Notes under the pieces: generated by a model
What the model was told of the DNA's origin: nothing
Databases searched by the model: none
Seen by the model: the letters and a program-made list of their open reading frames with translations, nothing else
Made by a program: the position numbers and the translations under genes
Source of the DNA: an uncultured virus (IMG/VR IMGVR_UViG_2788500588_000003)
Taxonomy: Duplodnaviria > Heunggongvirae > Uroviricota > Caudoviricetes
IMG/VR virus record: IMGVR_UViG_2788500588_000003
Reading direction: 5' to 3' (one strand)
Length of the DNA stretch: 20,000 nt
Part shown: one piece after another, positions 1-7,089 of the stretch
Layout: every line of letters begins with the position of its first letter
Numbering within the stretch: the first letter of the stretch is position 1

Positions 1-31
1 CTGGTTCACGATGAACCTGACCTATATATTT

Positions 32-104
32 CACTCTCAAAAGTAAGTACCGACGAATCAAAGGGGAGGAAAACTCTGCTCGATACTCACTTTTCAGGGC
101 AAAA
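32..104 (-). other. Long RNA hairpin element, copy B (15-bp stem, flanks UUUUGCYYUGAAAA / UUUUGAGAGUG)
   Basis: Arms 39-53 and 80-94 pair fully on the - strand with G-U pairs; flanks match the element at 545-621. Confidence 0.65.
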
Positions 105-129
105 TAAAAACACCCCGAAGGATGTTTTT
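101..129 (-). terminator. Intrinsic terminator with cUUCGg tetraloop
   Basis: - strand AAAAACAUCC-UUCG-GGGUGUUUUU-AUUUU immediately after the stop of 131..478. Confidence 0.85.
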
Positions 130-130
130 C

Positions 131-478
131 TTATAGTCTTGGCAAATTAAGAGTTTTAATTATATTTTTTAGTAATTCAGATACCTCGTGAATATCCAGG
201 TTGCCGTTGGTAATCAGTTCTAATAACCTTTCATCACTAATGGTACTTTCGCTCACATTTTTTTTCTTACTAATGGTTTGTCCATTATCAGGTTGGATTG
301 TTTGCTCAGTATATTTTCTTATTTCCCACGAGCCTTTGCTTATCCATATCTCTCTGATTTCTTCTTCAAAACCCAACCCACCATTTATATCCTTACTTTT
401 TAATACTAGATATGATAATTTTTCTGTTTTATCAGCACTTTGATCTGATAAATTTGATATAGCTTCTATAAGATTCAT
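131..478 (-). CDS. Hypothetical protein (115 aa), single-gene moron
   Basis: Strong RBS GGGAGGTGA upstream of ATG, own terminator, AT-rich; no recognisable family. Confidence 0.8.
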   Translation of the reverse strand: MNLIEAISNLSDQSADKTEKLSYLVLKSKDINGGLGFEEEIREIWISKGSWEIRKYTEQTIQPDNGQTISKKKNVSESTISDERLLELITNGNLDIHEVSELLKNIIKTLNLPRL

Positions 479-485
479 TGATCTT

Positions 486-528
486 CACCTCCCACTTAAT
501 CATAAGCCGGGAGGTAACAAATTGGAAC
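486..528 (-). promoter_or_regulatory. Putative sigmaA promoter (TTCCAA-17-TATGAT) embedded in an anti-SD/SD inverted repeat
   Basis: - strand TTACCTCCC-GGCTTATGATTAAGT-GGGAGGTGA; the -10 lies between the anti-SD and the SD. Confidence 0.55.
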
Positions 529-544
529 AATTTTCTACAAATTC

Positions 545-621
545 CACTCTCAAAACCACACCAAACTCTGCCCTCTCAACTCATAGTGTTTTGGCTGTTT
601 GATGCAGTTTTCAAAGCAAAA
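545..621 (-). other. Long RNA hairpin element, copy A
   Basis: Arms 552-566 and 597-611 pair on the - strand with G-U pairs; same flanks as 32-104. Confidence 0.65.
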
Positions 622-651
622 GAAAAAGCCTCCATCCGAAGATGAAAGCTT
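618..651 (-). terminator. Intrinsic terminator with cUUCGg tetraloop
   Basis: - strand AGCUUUCAUC-UUCG-GAUGGAGGCU-UUUUCUUUU. Confidence 0.85.
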
Positions 652-996
652 AAATATTGTGGTAAATTGTCGAGTGCTCTTTTCCGACTCGTGGTAGAGC
701 GACACCACGTTATTTTGTAACGAATTGTGTTCTAATTTTAGAGTGCATTTCCGTGCACTTGTTGATGTAGTAAGTTTGACTGAAATTATGGAAAGTGGAC
801 GAAGTTCACATATAAACCACTTCTTCAGTTTTATTTGCCTGTTCCCTATATCTCTTAAAAAATATGGGCCGGCCATGTATGTCTTGCTCCGAACAAGTTT
901 GTTCAGCGCGGGTCGGTCGTCGGTCTGTCTTTTCCTAATATTTAGGATTTTATAAATACCAAGGGAGGAAACCTTTACCGCACCGAACCTACCTCC
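618..996 (-). ncRNA. Putative structured late-leader RNA / ncRNA (~380 nt)
   Basis: Series of hairpins (964-996, 934-946, ~888-908, 779-829, 742-759, 669-709) between a candidate late promoter and a UUCG terminator; no convincing RBS-bearing ORF. Confidence 0.5.
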
Positions 997-997
997 G

Positions 998-1071
998 AGT
1001 TTACAATACATTTTTTCTATCACAAACTTTCGTACATATATTACATTTGTTCCTTCTGTTACATTTGTTCC
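998..1071 (-). promoter_or_regulatory. Probable late promoter with direct-repeat activator site
   Basis: 13-bp direct repeat TTACATTTGTTCC at 1041-1053 and 1059-1071, followed on the - strand by -10-like TATTGT/TAAACT (998-1008) without a good -35, as expected for an ArpU/RinA-activated promoter. Confidence 0.55.
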
Positions 1072-1149
1072 AATGTCAAGAAAAGTAATAATTTATTTAA
1101 TGCTCTACATCTGCAAGTAAGCAACAACTTACATGAGACATCAGTCAAT

Positions 1150-1220
1150 TAATTTAAGAGGAAAATAGCTTGACTTCACGAAACTTATGAAGTCAAGCTA
1201 TTTTCCTCTCTCTTAAATTA
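1150..1220 (-). terminator. Long perfect inverted repeat at the end of the three-gene moron (probable terminator/stabiliser)
   Basis: 22-bp perfect arms 1157-1178 / 1188-1209, 9-nt loop, extendable past a bulge to 1150/1220; abuts the stop codon at 1221. Confidence 0.75.
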
Positions 1221-1796
1221 TTATTTTTTAGAAGTTCCTAAATCATCATACTCTTGCAAAATTTCTTTATTACTTCTTTCAAAGTCAGACCCTACTCTTG
1301 AAAAGAAATTCCCAAAATGGTGAGAAATTTGTTCTAAATATGGATTCGTTGGTCGTAACCTTTTAGTTTGTTTTTTAGCAAAAGCATCTAAAAACGCATA
1401 AGGCAAGGTATGTAATTTAGAATAATCAATTATATATGACTTATCTAACACTTCATGTTCCTTATGTAAGATAAAATATCCTGGTCTACGTCCGGAATTG
1501 GTTTCGGAAACTAAATTTTTTGAATAAGCATTAATAGGATAGATGCTTGCACAAATCACTGATTCAATAGGTTTCCTACCTCTTTCTGGCTCATTTGCTA
1601 AGTCACAAGCTTGACTCATAACAATCAAATTTTTTGTTTCAACAAGAACTTCCGAATGTTTTTCTAAATTTTCAAAAGTAAAATCAGGAAGACTTTCTAT
1701 GTGATTAATTCCAATTGTAATAATAGGAACATCAAATAAAATATCTCCCTGTGTAATTAATTCAGTTGACTTTCCTAGATGGTAAAGAGAAGACAT
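1221..1796 (-). CDS. Hypothetical protein (191 aa), QGD...SQxCDL...RVG family; possible PemK/MazF-like fold effector
   Basis: Motifs ITQGDILFDVP, IVMSQACDL, YIIDY, RLRPTNPY...FFSRVG; TAATG coupling to the upstream gene; the fold assignment is inference. Confidence 0.75.
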   Translation of the reverse strand: MSSLYHLGKSTELITQGDILFDVPIITIGINHIESLPDFTFENLEKHSEVLVETKNLIVMSQACDLANEPERGRKPIESVICASIYPINAYSKNLVSETNSGRRPGYFILHKEHEVLDKSYIIDYSKLHTLPYAFLDAFAKKQTKRLRPTNPYLEQISHHFGNFFSRVGSDFERSNKEILQEYDDLGTSKK

Positions 1797-2353
1797 TATG
1801 AAAGGTCACTTCCCATCTCAACATTTTCTATTGCCTTAAAAGGAATATTAATTCTTGTTTTATTCACTGGGAAAGAAGGCTCTTCTCTTTCATAATTCAG
1901 ATTATCCTCTATACCATTCGAAGATAATACAACAGTTCTTTTAACTTCTCGGAAGGGCACATTGAGACGCACCTTATTAATTTCTACAGAAGGTTCTTCT
2001 CTTTCGTAATTAATAACTTTCTCGCGAAAATCTGAAAAGTTAGAAGCTAGTTGACTTTGAGAAGCGATGTTCTTCTTTTCAGCCATGGCTTTCATCCCCT
2101 TCACAATAGACGGACTTTGAGAAACAACGAACTTTGGTTGGTTTTTTGATGACATAATATGCGCATGTGCTGTCATCTGACTATCAAAACTCGAATTATA
2201 CTTTCCTACACTTTCACTAACTGAAGTTTTAACATTTTGTGGTGTAGCTGCTGGTGAGCATAGACTAACTACATTGCAAAAAGCAATAACAGCAGTAGCT
2301 TTAATAAAAGTGTTAACAGTTCTTTCTTTTTTATACGCTATTGTTGCTACCAT
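1796..2353 (-). CDS. Hypothetical protein (185 aa) with signal-peptide-like N-terminus, internal RBS/start (M90, nt 2086) and two 20-aa repeats
   Basis: RBS GGAAGGTGAG in the end of the upstream gene; repeats NYEREEPSVEINKVRLNVPF / NYEREEPSFPVNKTRINIPF. Confidence 0.8.
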   Translation of the reverse strand: MVATIAYKKERTVNTFIKATAVIAFCNVVSLCSPAATPQNVKTSVSESVGKYNSSFDSQMTAHAHIMSSKNQPKFVVSQSPSIVKGMKAMAEKKNIASQSQLASNFSDFREKVINYEREEPSVEINKVRLNVPFREVKRTVVLSSNGIEDNLNYEREEPSFPVNKTRINIPFKAIENVEMGSDLS

Positions 2354-2356
2354 ATA

Positions 2357-2761
2357 TTACTCACCTTCCTTTAAAAAAGTTACAGGTATGTGGAATGTAT
2401 TAAGTTTTTCCTCATTAAATAATACTTCTACAGAATAAAAACCAGAACCTTTGAAAGGTAAGTTATTGAATGATACCCCCAAAGTAAAGCCCATAAACAC
2501 TTCTTTGTTATCAACACTTCCTGGTGTGTCGTTAGGAACATGTATGAAGTCTGTATCAAAGAAATCATTGTTTTGAGGATCTTTGACTATTATTCTACAA
2601 GTATTATCCTCTAGTAAAGAGTAATCACATACAGTAAAAACAATATTTAAAGAAAATTCATCAGTGTTAACTTCTACAATATCTAGTGGACTAAAAACCC
2701 CACTCTGACTTCTAAAATTTTCATCGTTTTCACAAAAAACGAAATTAGTTAGCTTTGCCAT
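2357..2761 (-). CDS. Small acidic all-beta protein (134 aa), DUF6941-like
   Basis: RBS AGGAGA; pattern FVFCE...IIVKDP...FNNLPFKGSGFYSVEVLFNEE...IPV resembles DUF6941 from memory. Confidence 0.75.
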   Translation of the reverse strand: MAKLTNFVFCENDENFRSQSGVFSPLDIVEVNTDEFSLNIVFTVCDYSLLEDNTCRIIVKDPQNNDFFDTDFIHVPNDTPGSVDNKEVFMGFTLGVSFNNLPFKGSGFYSVEVLFNEEKLNTFHIPVTFLKEGE

Positions 2762-2804
2762 GTTTGTTCTCTCCTAAAACATATGATAAACCTTCCCTAG
2801 ACTA

Positions 2805-2833
2805 ATTATACACCACTGAGAGTTACTTTTGAA
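2805..2833 (-). promoter_or_regulatory. sigmaA promoter of the three-gene moron
   Basis: TTCAAA (2833-2828), 17 bp, TATAAT (2810-2805). Confidence 0.7.
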
Positions 2834-2880
2834 AATTTATTGATGAAATTTACTCTGTTATCGAAAAATGTTATTACTGA

Positions 2881-2926
2881 AAATAAAAAAGCCTTGGGAA
2901 ACCTATATAAATAAGTTTCCCAAGGT
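2881..2926 (-). terminator. Intrinsic terminator ending the early lytic operon
   Basis: CCTTGGGAAAC (2892-2902) / GTTTCCCAAGG (2915-2925) stem followed by a U-tract on the - strand. Confidence 0.85.
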
Positions 2927-2956
2927 TGTTAGTTACCTTAAAGAATTATTCCTACT

Positions 2957-3397
2957 TTATTGCACTATCATCTGATTCAAAATGTCATTTCTAACCCTAA
3001 ATATTGTAGTGCTAGATAATCTCATATGCTTACCAATAGCACGCATGCTATCACCATCCAGCAATCTATGGAGGACCTCAATCTCCCTGTCTCCGGTTAC
3101 TAGTGGTATACGCACTTGCACTTCCGCAATCTTTTGCTCATATTCCTTAATGCGATAATTAAGTGCATAAACTCTGCGTTGTACTTCTGTATACACTGGA
3201 TCACTTGTACCTCCACTTGCCTTCGGCAATGTTGCCTCAATACCATACATAGCCGTTTTCGCCCCAATGTAACTGTTATTATCAACCTTTGCAACTGGCT
3301 GTCTTGCTTCTTCAATGGTTTCAACCATCCATCGATAATTTTCAATCCACTGAAGTAAATTCTCTTTAGTTACTTTAATTTGCCCTTGTTTGCCCAT
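2957..3397 (-). CDS. Late-gene transcriptional activator, ArpU/RinA-like with C-terminal HTH
   Basis: Last gene of the early operon; TAMYGIEATLPKA..SDP motif; C-terminal HTH LDGDSMRAIGKHMRLSSTTIFRVR; RBS AGGAGG. Confidence 0.8.
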   Translation of the reverse strand: MGKQGQIKVTKENLLQWIENYRWMVETIEEARQPVAKVDNNSYIGAKTAMYGIEATLPKASGGTSDPVYTEVQRRVYALNYRIKEYEQKIAEVQVRIPLVTGDREIEVLHRLLDGDSMRAIGKHMRLSSTTIFRVRNDILNQMIVQ

Positions 3398-3415
3398 TAG
3401 GTTTGCCCTCCTAAG

Positions 3416-3499
3416 TGTGTTATAATGCTTGTACCAGATTGTCTTAAAAGGGCATGTACCAATTCGAGCTGTAGCGTCTGCAAACGCTGCGGCTTTTTT
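3416..3499 (+). ncRNA. Antisense mini transcription unit (extended -10 promoter, ~65-nt RNA, terminator)
   Basis: TGTGT-TATAAT at 3416-3426; stem GCTGTAGCGT/ACGCTGCGGC (3468-3493) plus T6; G-U pairs fit the + strand. Confidence 0.65.
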
Positions 3500-3536
3500 A
3501 TTTACTGCGTATATTCCTCATATTGTGCAGTAACCT

Positions 3537-4778
3537 CTATACTCCAACTGCATAACGACTGCTACCTGCACACATTTCAGGTAAATTAGCTCTCACTAAT
3601 GCGTCAGCAAAGGGTGGCGGCACGCTATTTCCTACCCTCTTAATCTGCTCTACTTTCTTACCTGGGTGCTGATAGTTACTTGGAAAGCCTTGTCCAGCAA
3701 ATAACTCATGCGGTTGTAACATACGTAATCCGATGTCAATAACATGGTAGCCATTAGTGCGAACTGCTGTTAATGCGAAACGATCTTTAGTAGTGATTGT
3801 ATGCAAAGGTTCACTTAGTCCCTGTGCTGTGCTTTGTCCGTAATATTTGGTTAAAAAAGCTGTCACAAGTCCAAATCTATTACCACCAGCTGTGATTGTG
3901 TGAAGTGGTGTGTTTAATGACAATCCTCTAACCTCTTTTTCTGATTGCTCAGTATAATAACTGATTAAAAAGGCTGCTTTATGTTCATCTGGAACCATAA
4001 AGGGCTTTTTTGCATCAATTACAAAGCGCTGCAAACCCTTTTCAATACGTTTTAGGGTGTTTGGTACTAGTGGTTTCTTTCTTTCAAATATAGATGGTGC
4101 GCCTATACTCCAATCAATTATTTCACTTGCTGTACGCCAAGGTTTTAATCTTCCTAATTGCACAGCTGGCGATTGAGGATCTCCGTGTGTTGGATTTGGC
4201 CATTCGATAGCTTTACCATCACATCTAGCAATCATAAAAAATCGCTTACGAATAGTAGGTGCACCATAATCACATGCATGCAATTCCCTAAAATCTACCT
4301 CGTAGCCTAATGACTCAAGTGCTTTCACAAAACTTTGAAATGTTTTCCCCTTCAATTCCTTAATAGGTTTACCATTTTCTATTGGTCCCCAATCTTTAAA
4401 TTCCTCTACATTTTCCAACATGATTACTCTAGGCTTAACTGCTAATGCCCACCTAACAGTAACCCACGCAAGACCTCTTATTTCTTGTTTAACTGGTGTG
4501 CCACCTTTTGCTTTTGAATGGTGAGTACAATCTGGACTAAACCAAGCAAGCCCTACTTTACGACCTCTACATGCTTCTTTAGGGTCTACATCCCAAACCG
4601 ATTCACAATAATGCTCTGTATCTGGATGATTTAACTTGTGCATCTCAATAGCAGCAGGATCATGATTAATTGCAATATCTACGCTCATTCCTGTTGCCAT
4701 TTCAATACCTGTACTTGCTCCTCCACCACCAGCGAAATTGTCTACAATTATTTCTCTAAATAAGCTTAATTGCTTCAC
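3537..4778 (-). CDS. DNA (cytosine-5) methyltransferase, phage type
   Basis: FAGGGG motif I, SPDC catalytic motif, ENV, RKR, C-terminal GNSV. Confidence 0.93.
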   Translation of the reverse strand: MKQLSLFREIIVDNFAGGGGASTGIEMATGMSVDIAINHDPAAIEMHKLNHPDTEHYCESVWDVDPKEACRGRKVGLAWFSPDCTHHSKAKGGTPVKQEIRGLAWVTVRWALAVKPRVIMLENVEEFKDWGPIENGKPIKELKGKTFQSFVKALESLGYEVDFRELHACDYGAPTIRKRFFMIARCDGKAIEWPNPTHGDPQSPAVQLGRLKPWRTASEIIDWSIGAPSIFERKKPLVPNTLKRIEKGLQRFVIDAKKPFMVPDEHKAAFLISYYTEQSEKEVRGLSLNTPLHTITAGGNRFGLVTAFLTKYYGQSTAQGLSEPLHTITTKDRFALTAVRTNGYHVIDIGLRMLQPHELFAGQGFPSNYQHPGKKVEQIKRVGNSVPPPFADALVRANLPEMCAGSSRYAVGV

Positions 4779-4817
4779 ATTAGCTACCTCCTTTACTGCA
4801 CAATATCTTTCAAATAC

Positions 4818-5036
4818 TCACCTAGCCCACCTACGCAAAAGACTAATCTGCTCAAGCTCTTTTCCGATGCTCCTTAGTTCTCTATAAACCTTGCATCCTC
4901 TGCATTTCTTACTTGGATCATAAGCTTTTCGCTTCGGACACCCTTTGCATTTGAGAAAAGCTATGTGGTCCTGCTGATTGATTAGCCTGGCTCTGCGTTG
5001 TTTAACTTCCTTGCGAACCGCGTTCACTTCCAGCAC
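4818..5036 (-). CDS. Small hypothetical Zn-finger-like protein
   Basis: CKGC...CRGC; overlaps the stop of the upstream gene. Confidence 0.7.
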   Translation of the reverse strand: MLEVNAVRKEVKQRRARLINQQDHIAFLKCKGCPKRKAYDPSKKCRGCKVYRELRSIGKELEQISLLRRWAR

Positions 5037-5449
5037 CCTACTTTAGCCTCTTTACGTGTTTTCCTAGCCTTTTTAAGTTCATCATGAGTAATCCAACCAC
5101 CATCAATCTTCGAGTACGTTAGAAGCTTTAATTCATGCGGATAACGATATTCAAATAACTTCTTCCTCAATTCAAATTGCTGTGTAACCATTCCCTTAAT
5201 ATCAACTACCTCTGTATGGCCATCTGCATAATGAACAGTAAAATCCGCATTGTAACCAATCTCACGATATTTCTTACCGTTCTTTTCGAACTTGGGCAAT
5301 AATACAAACCTTGGCTGTAATTCAAAGGCTGTCACAACGCCTTGTGCTTGTTGATGTTTCAAGTAATCGTAATACCTTGCTTCTATCGCTGAATCGAATG
5401 TAATTCCATCATGTACGACTTTTTTGTTTCCGTATTTTGCTTTGCTCAT
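5024..5449 (-). CDS. DUF1064 family protein (PD-(D/E)XK nuclease-like)
   Basis: SKAKYGNKK..DGITFDS..EA..Y; LQPRF; YNADF; VVDIKG. Confidence 0.88.
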   Translation of the reverse strand: MSKAKYGNKKVVHDGITFDSAIEARYYDYLKHQQAQGVVTAFELQPRFVLLPKFEKNGKKYREIGYNADFTVHYADGHTEVVDIKGMVTQQFELRKKLFEYRYPHELKLLTYSKIDGGWITHDELKKARKTRKEAKVGCWK

Positions 5450-5458
5450 GTTTTCCTC

Positions 5459-6280
5459 CTACACAATTCCAAAAAGTGTTTCTTGTATATATCCACGCTC
5501 AATTATTTGAGGGTTGAGCCACAAACTTTCACATTTTTCTTTTGCAGCTTCAGTTGTGGCCATCTTCGAAATTCTTGTCCAACCTCGTAAGATGTCATTG
5601 TACATATCGCTGTTGTAGCCACTAATCATGGCAAAACCTTGATGCTTATTTAAAGCCAGAAGTAATGTTTCGTGTTGCTCATTTGTCATTTCATGTGCAT
5701 AGTGTCGTTTTGTACGTGTGCTTAATAAATACGGCGGATCACTGTAAATCAAACAATCCTCTTTGTTGTAACGGCCTATTAATGTTGCAGCATCTAAATT
5801 TTCAATTTGGACATTTTGTAATCGCTCCGTTGCTTCTAAAACGACATCTGGTAGCTTACGCCAATCAGGTAATGCACTAAATGTTGTTGAGTCTACATTG
5901 TGGCGCCAGCCTGTACGGTCGCTTGTTTTACCTCCACGGGCCATCCAACAACGAACAAGGAATACTCTAGCTCTTTCTAAGTCACTTAACCGGCCTTGTA
6001 ATGCCTCAAAAGATGAAATGTATTCTTGTCTTGAATATGGAGTGAGTTGAATATGTTTAGCTAGCTGTTCCGGTTGTTCTCGAATGACTTTGAATAGATT
6101 CACGATATTGCCATCAATGTCGTTCACTGTTTCTATTTTTGAGGGTTGCTTGTTGAATAACACGGCACCACTACCAAAGTGAGTTTCAAGATACACATTG
6201 TGCTCTGGCATTTGACTTACTATCCATTCTGCTAAGTTCCACTTGCTACCCACGTAATTTAGAATTCTTTTCATGTTCAT
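5459..6280 (-). CDS. DNA adenine methyltransferase (Dam/D12 class)
   Basis: LNYVGSKW, HFGSGAV, VNDIDG, DPPY motifs; start may be 6274. Confidence 0.93.
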   Translation of the reverse strand: MNMKRILNYVGSKWNLAEWIVSQMPEHNVYLETHFGSGAVLFNKQPSKIETVNDIDGNIVNLFKVIREQPEQLAKHIQLTPYSRQEYISSFEALQGRLSDLERARVFLVRCWMARGGKTSDRTGWRHNVDSTTFSALPDWRKLPDVVLEATERLQNVQIENLDAATLIGRYNKEDCLIYSDPPYLLSTRTKRHYAHEMTNEQHETLLLALNKHQGFAMISGYNSDMYNDILRGWTRISKMATTEAAKEKCESLWLNPQIIERGYIQETLFGIV

Positions 6281-6557
6281 TCACCTTCCTCGTAATCATA
6301 CTCTCCGCATACTTCCTACAAGCTTTATATTTAAGCCTCATATCAGGTCCGTATCCGTTACCAGTCCTTTGCAGAGAACATTTATACCAATGTGTTTTGG
6401 AGTCACGTTCATGTTGTTTTTTCTCCAAGTAGTAACATGTTTTACATGTTGCATTCTCTGGTCCATAACCATATTTACGACACATACCATTGGGTTCGAT
6501 TTGTTTATTCTGCGGTGGTTCCTCTGGTAATCCTAGGTCAAATTCGATTTGCTCCAT
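6246..6557 (-). CDS. Hypothetical Cys-rich phage protein
   Basis: RBS GAGGTGA; CKTC...KC...AC pattern. Confidence 0.75.
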   Translation of the reverse strand: MEQIEFDLGLPEEPPQNKQIEPNGMCRKYGYGPENATCKTCYYLEKKQHERDSKTHWYKCSLQRTGNGYGPDMRLKYKACRKYAESMITRKVNEHEKNSKLRG

Positions 6558-6582
6558 CAGCTCACCTCAATCCCGTTATTCC

Positions 6583-7089
6583 TTAAAATGGTAAATCATC
6601 CTCACTAACCTCAATCGGTCCCTTACTATTAGCAAATGGATCTTCATCCACTCTCGTATAACTTGGCTGGTTATTATTACCGCCATAATTGCCCTGTGGT
6701 GGATTTTGATTCGTTCCACCTGTATTTGTACTAGATTGATAGTTTGGTGTGCTCTGTGCGCCTCCTGTGCTGTTTCTTGGCTCTAAGAATTGGATGCTGT
6801 CTGTTACAACGTCTGTTGTAAAAACACGCTTACCATCCTGCCCCTCATAGCTGCCTGTTTGGATTCGCCCTTCCAAACCTATTAAATTACCTTTCTTCAT
6901 GAAGTTGGCTAGATTCTCAGCTTGTTTACGCCATGCCATACAAGGGATGAAATCTGCCTGTTGCTCCCCTTCATTTTTGAATGGTCTGTTAACTGCCACT
7001 GTGAAGCGACATGATGCAATTCCGTTCGGTGTGTAGCGTAATTCAGGATCTTTTGTAAGTCGGCCAACTAAAACGACTCGGTTAATCAT
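6583..7089 (-). CDS. ssb: Single-stranded DNA-binding protein
   Basis: [20 protein letters not shown]... and acidic DDLPF tail. Confidence 0.98.
   Translation of the reverse strand: MINRVVLVGRLTKDPELRYTPNGIASCRFTVAVNRPFKNEGEQQADFIPCMAWRKQAENLANFMKKGNLIGLEGRIQTGSYEGQDGKRVFTTDVVTDSIQFLEPRNSTGGAQSTPNYQSSTNTGGTNQNPPQGNYGGNNNQPSYTRVDEDPFANSKGPIEVSEDDLPF

Noticed and set aside
690..709. CGUGG...CCACG hairpin with pseudoknot resembling pistol ribozyme P1
   Set aside because: The conserved A-rich linker and downstream pistol core are not recognisable
779..829. CUGAAGA plus stem on the - strand resembling a hammerhead core
   Set aside because: The required GAAA after stem II is absent, and CUGAA is itself paired in the stem
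550..1023. 157-aa ORF on the - strand
   Set aside because: No RBS at the start, runs through a strong terminator and many hairpins, no protein-like motifs; not fully excluded
1074..1079. Perfect TTGACA on the - strand (also at 17093-17098)
   Set aside because: No -10 hexamer at 16-18 bp spacing
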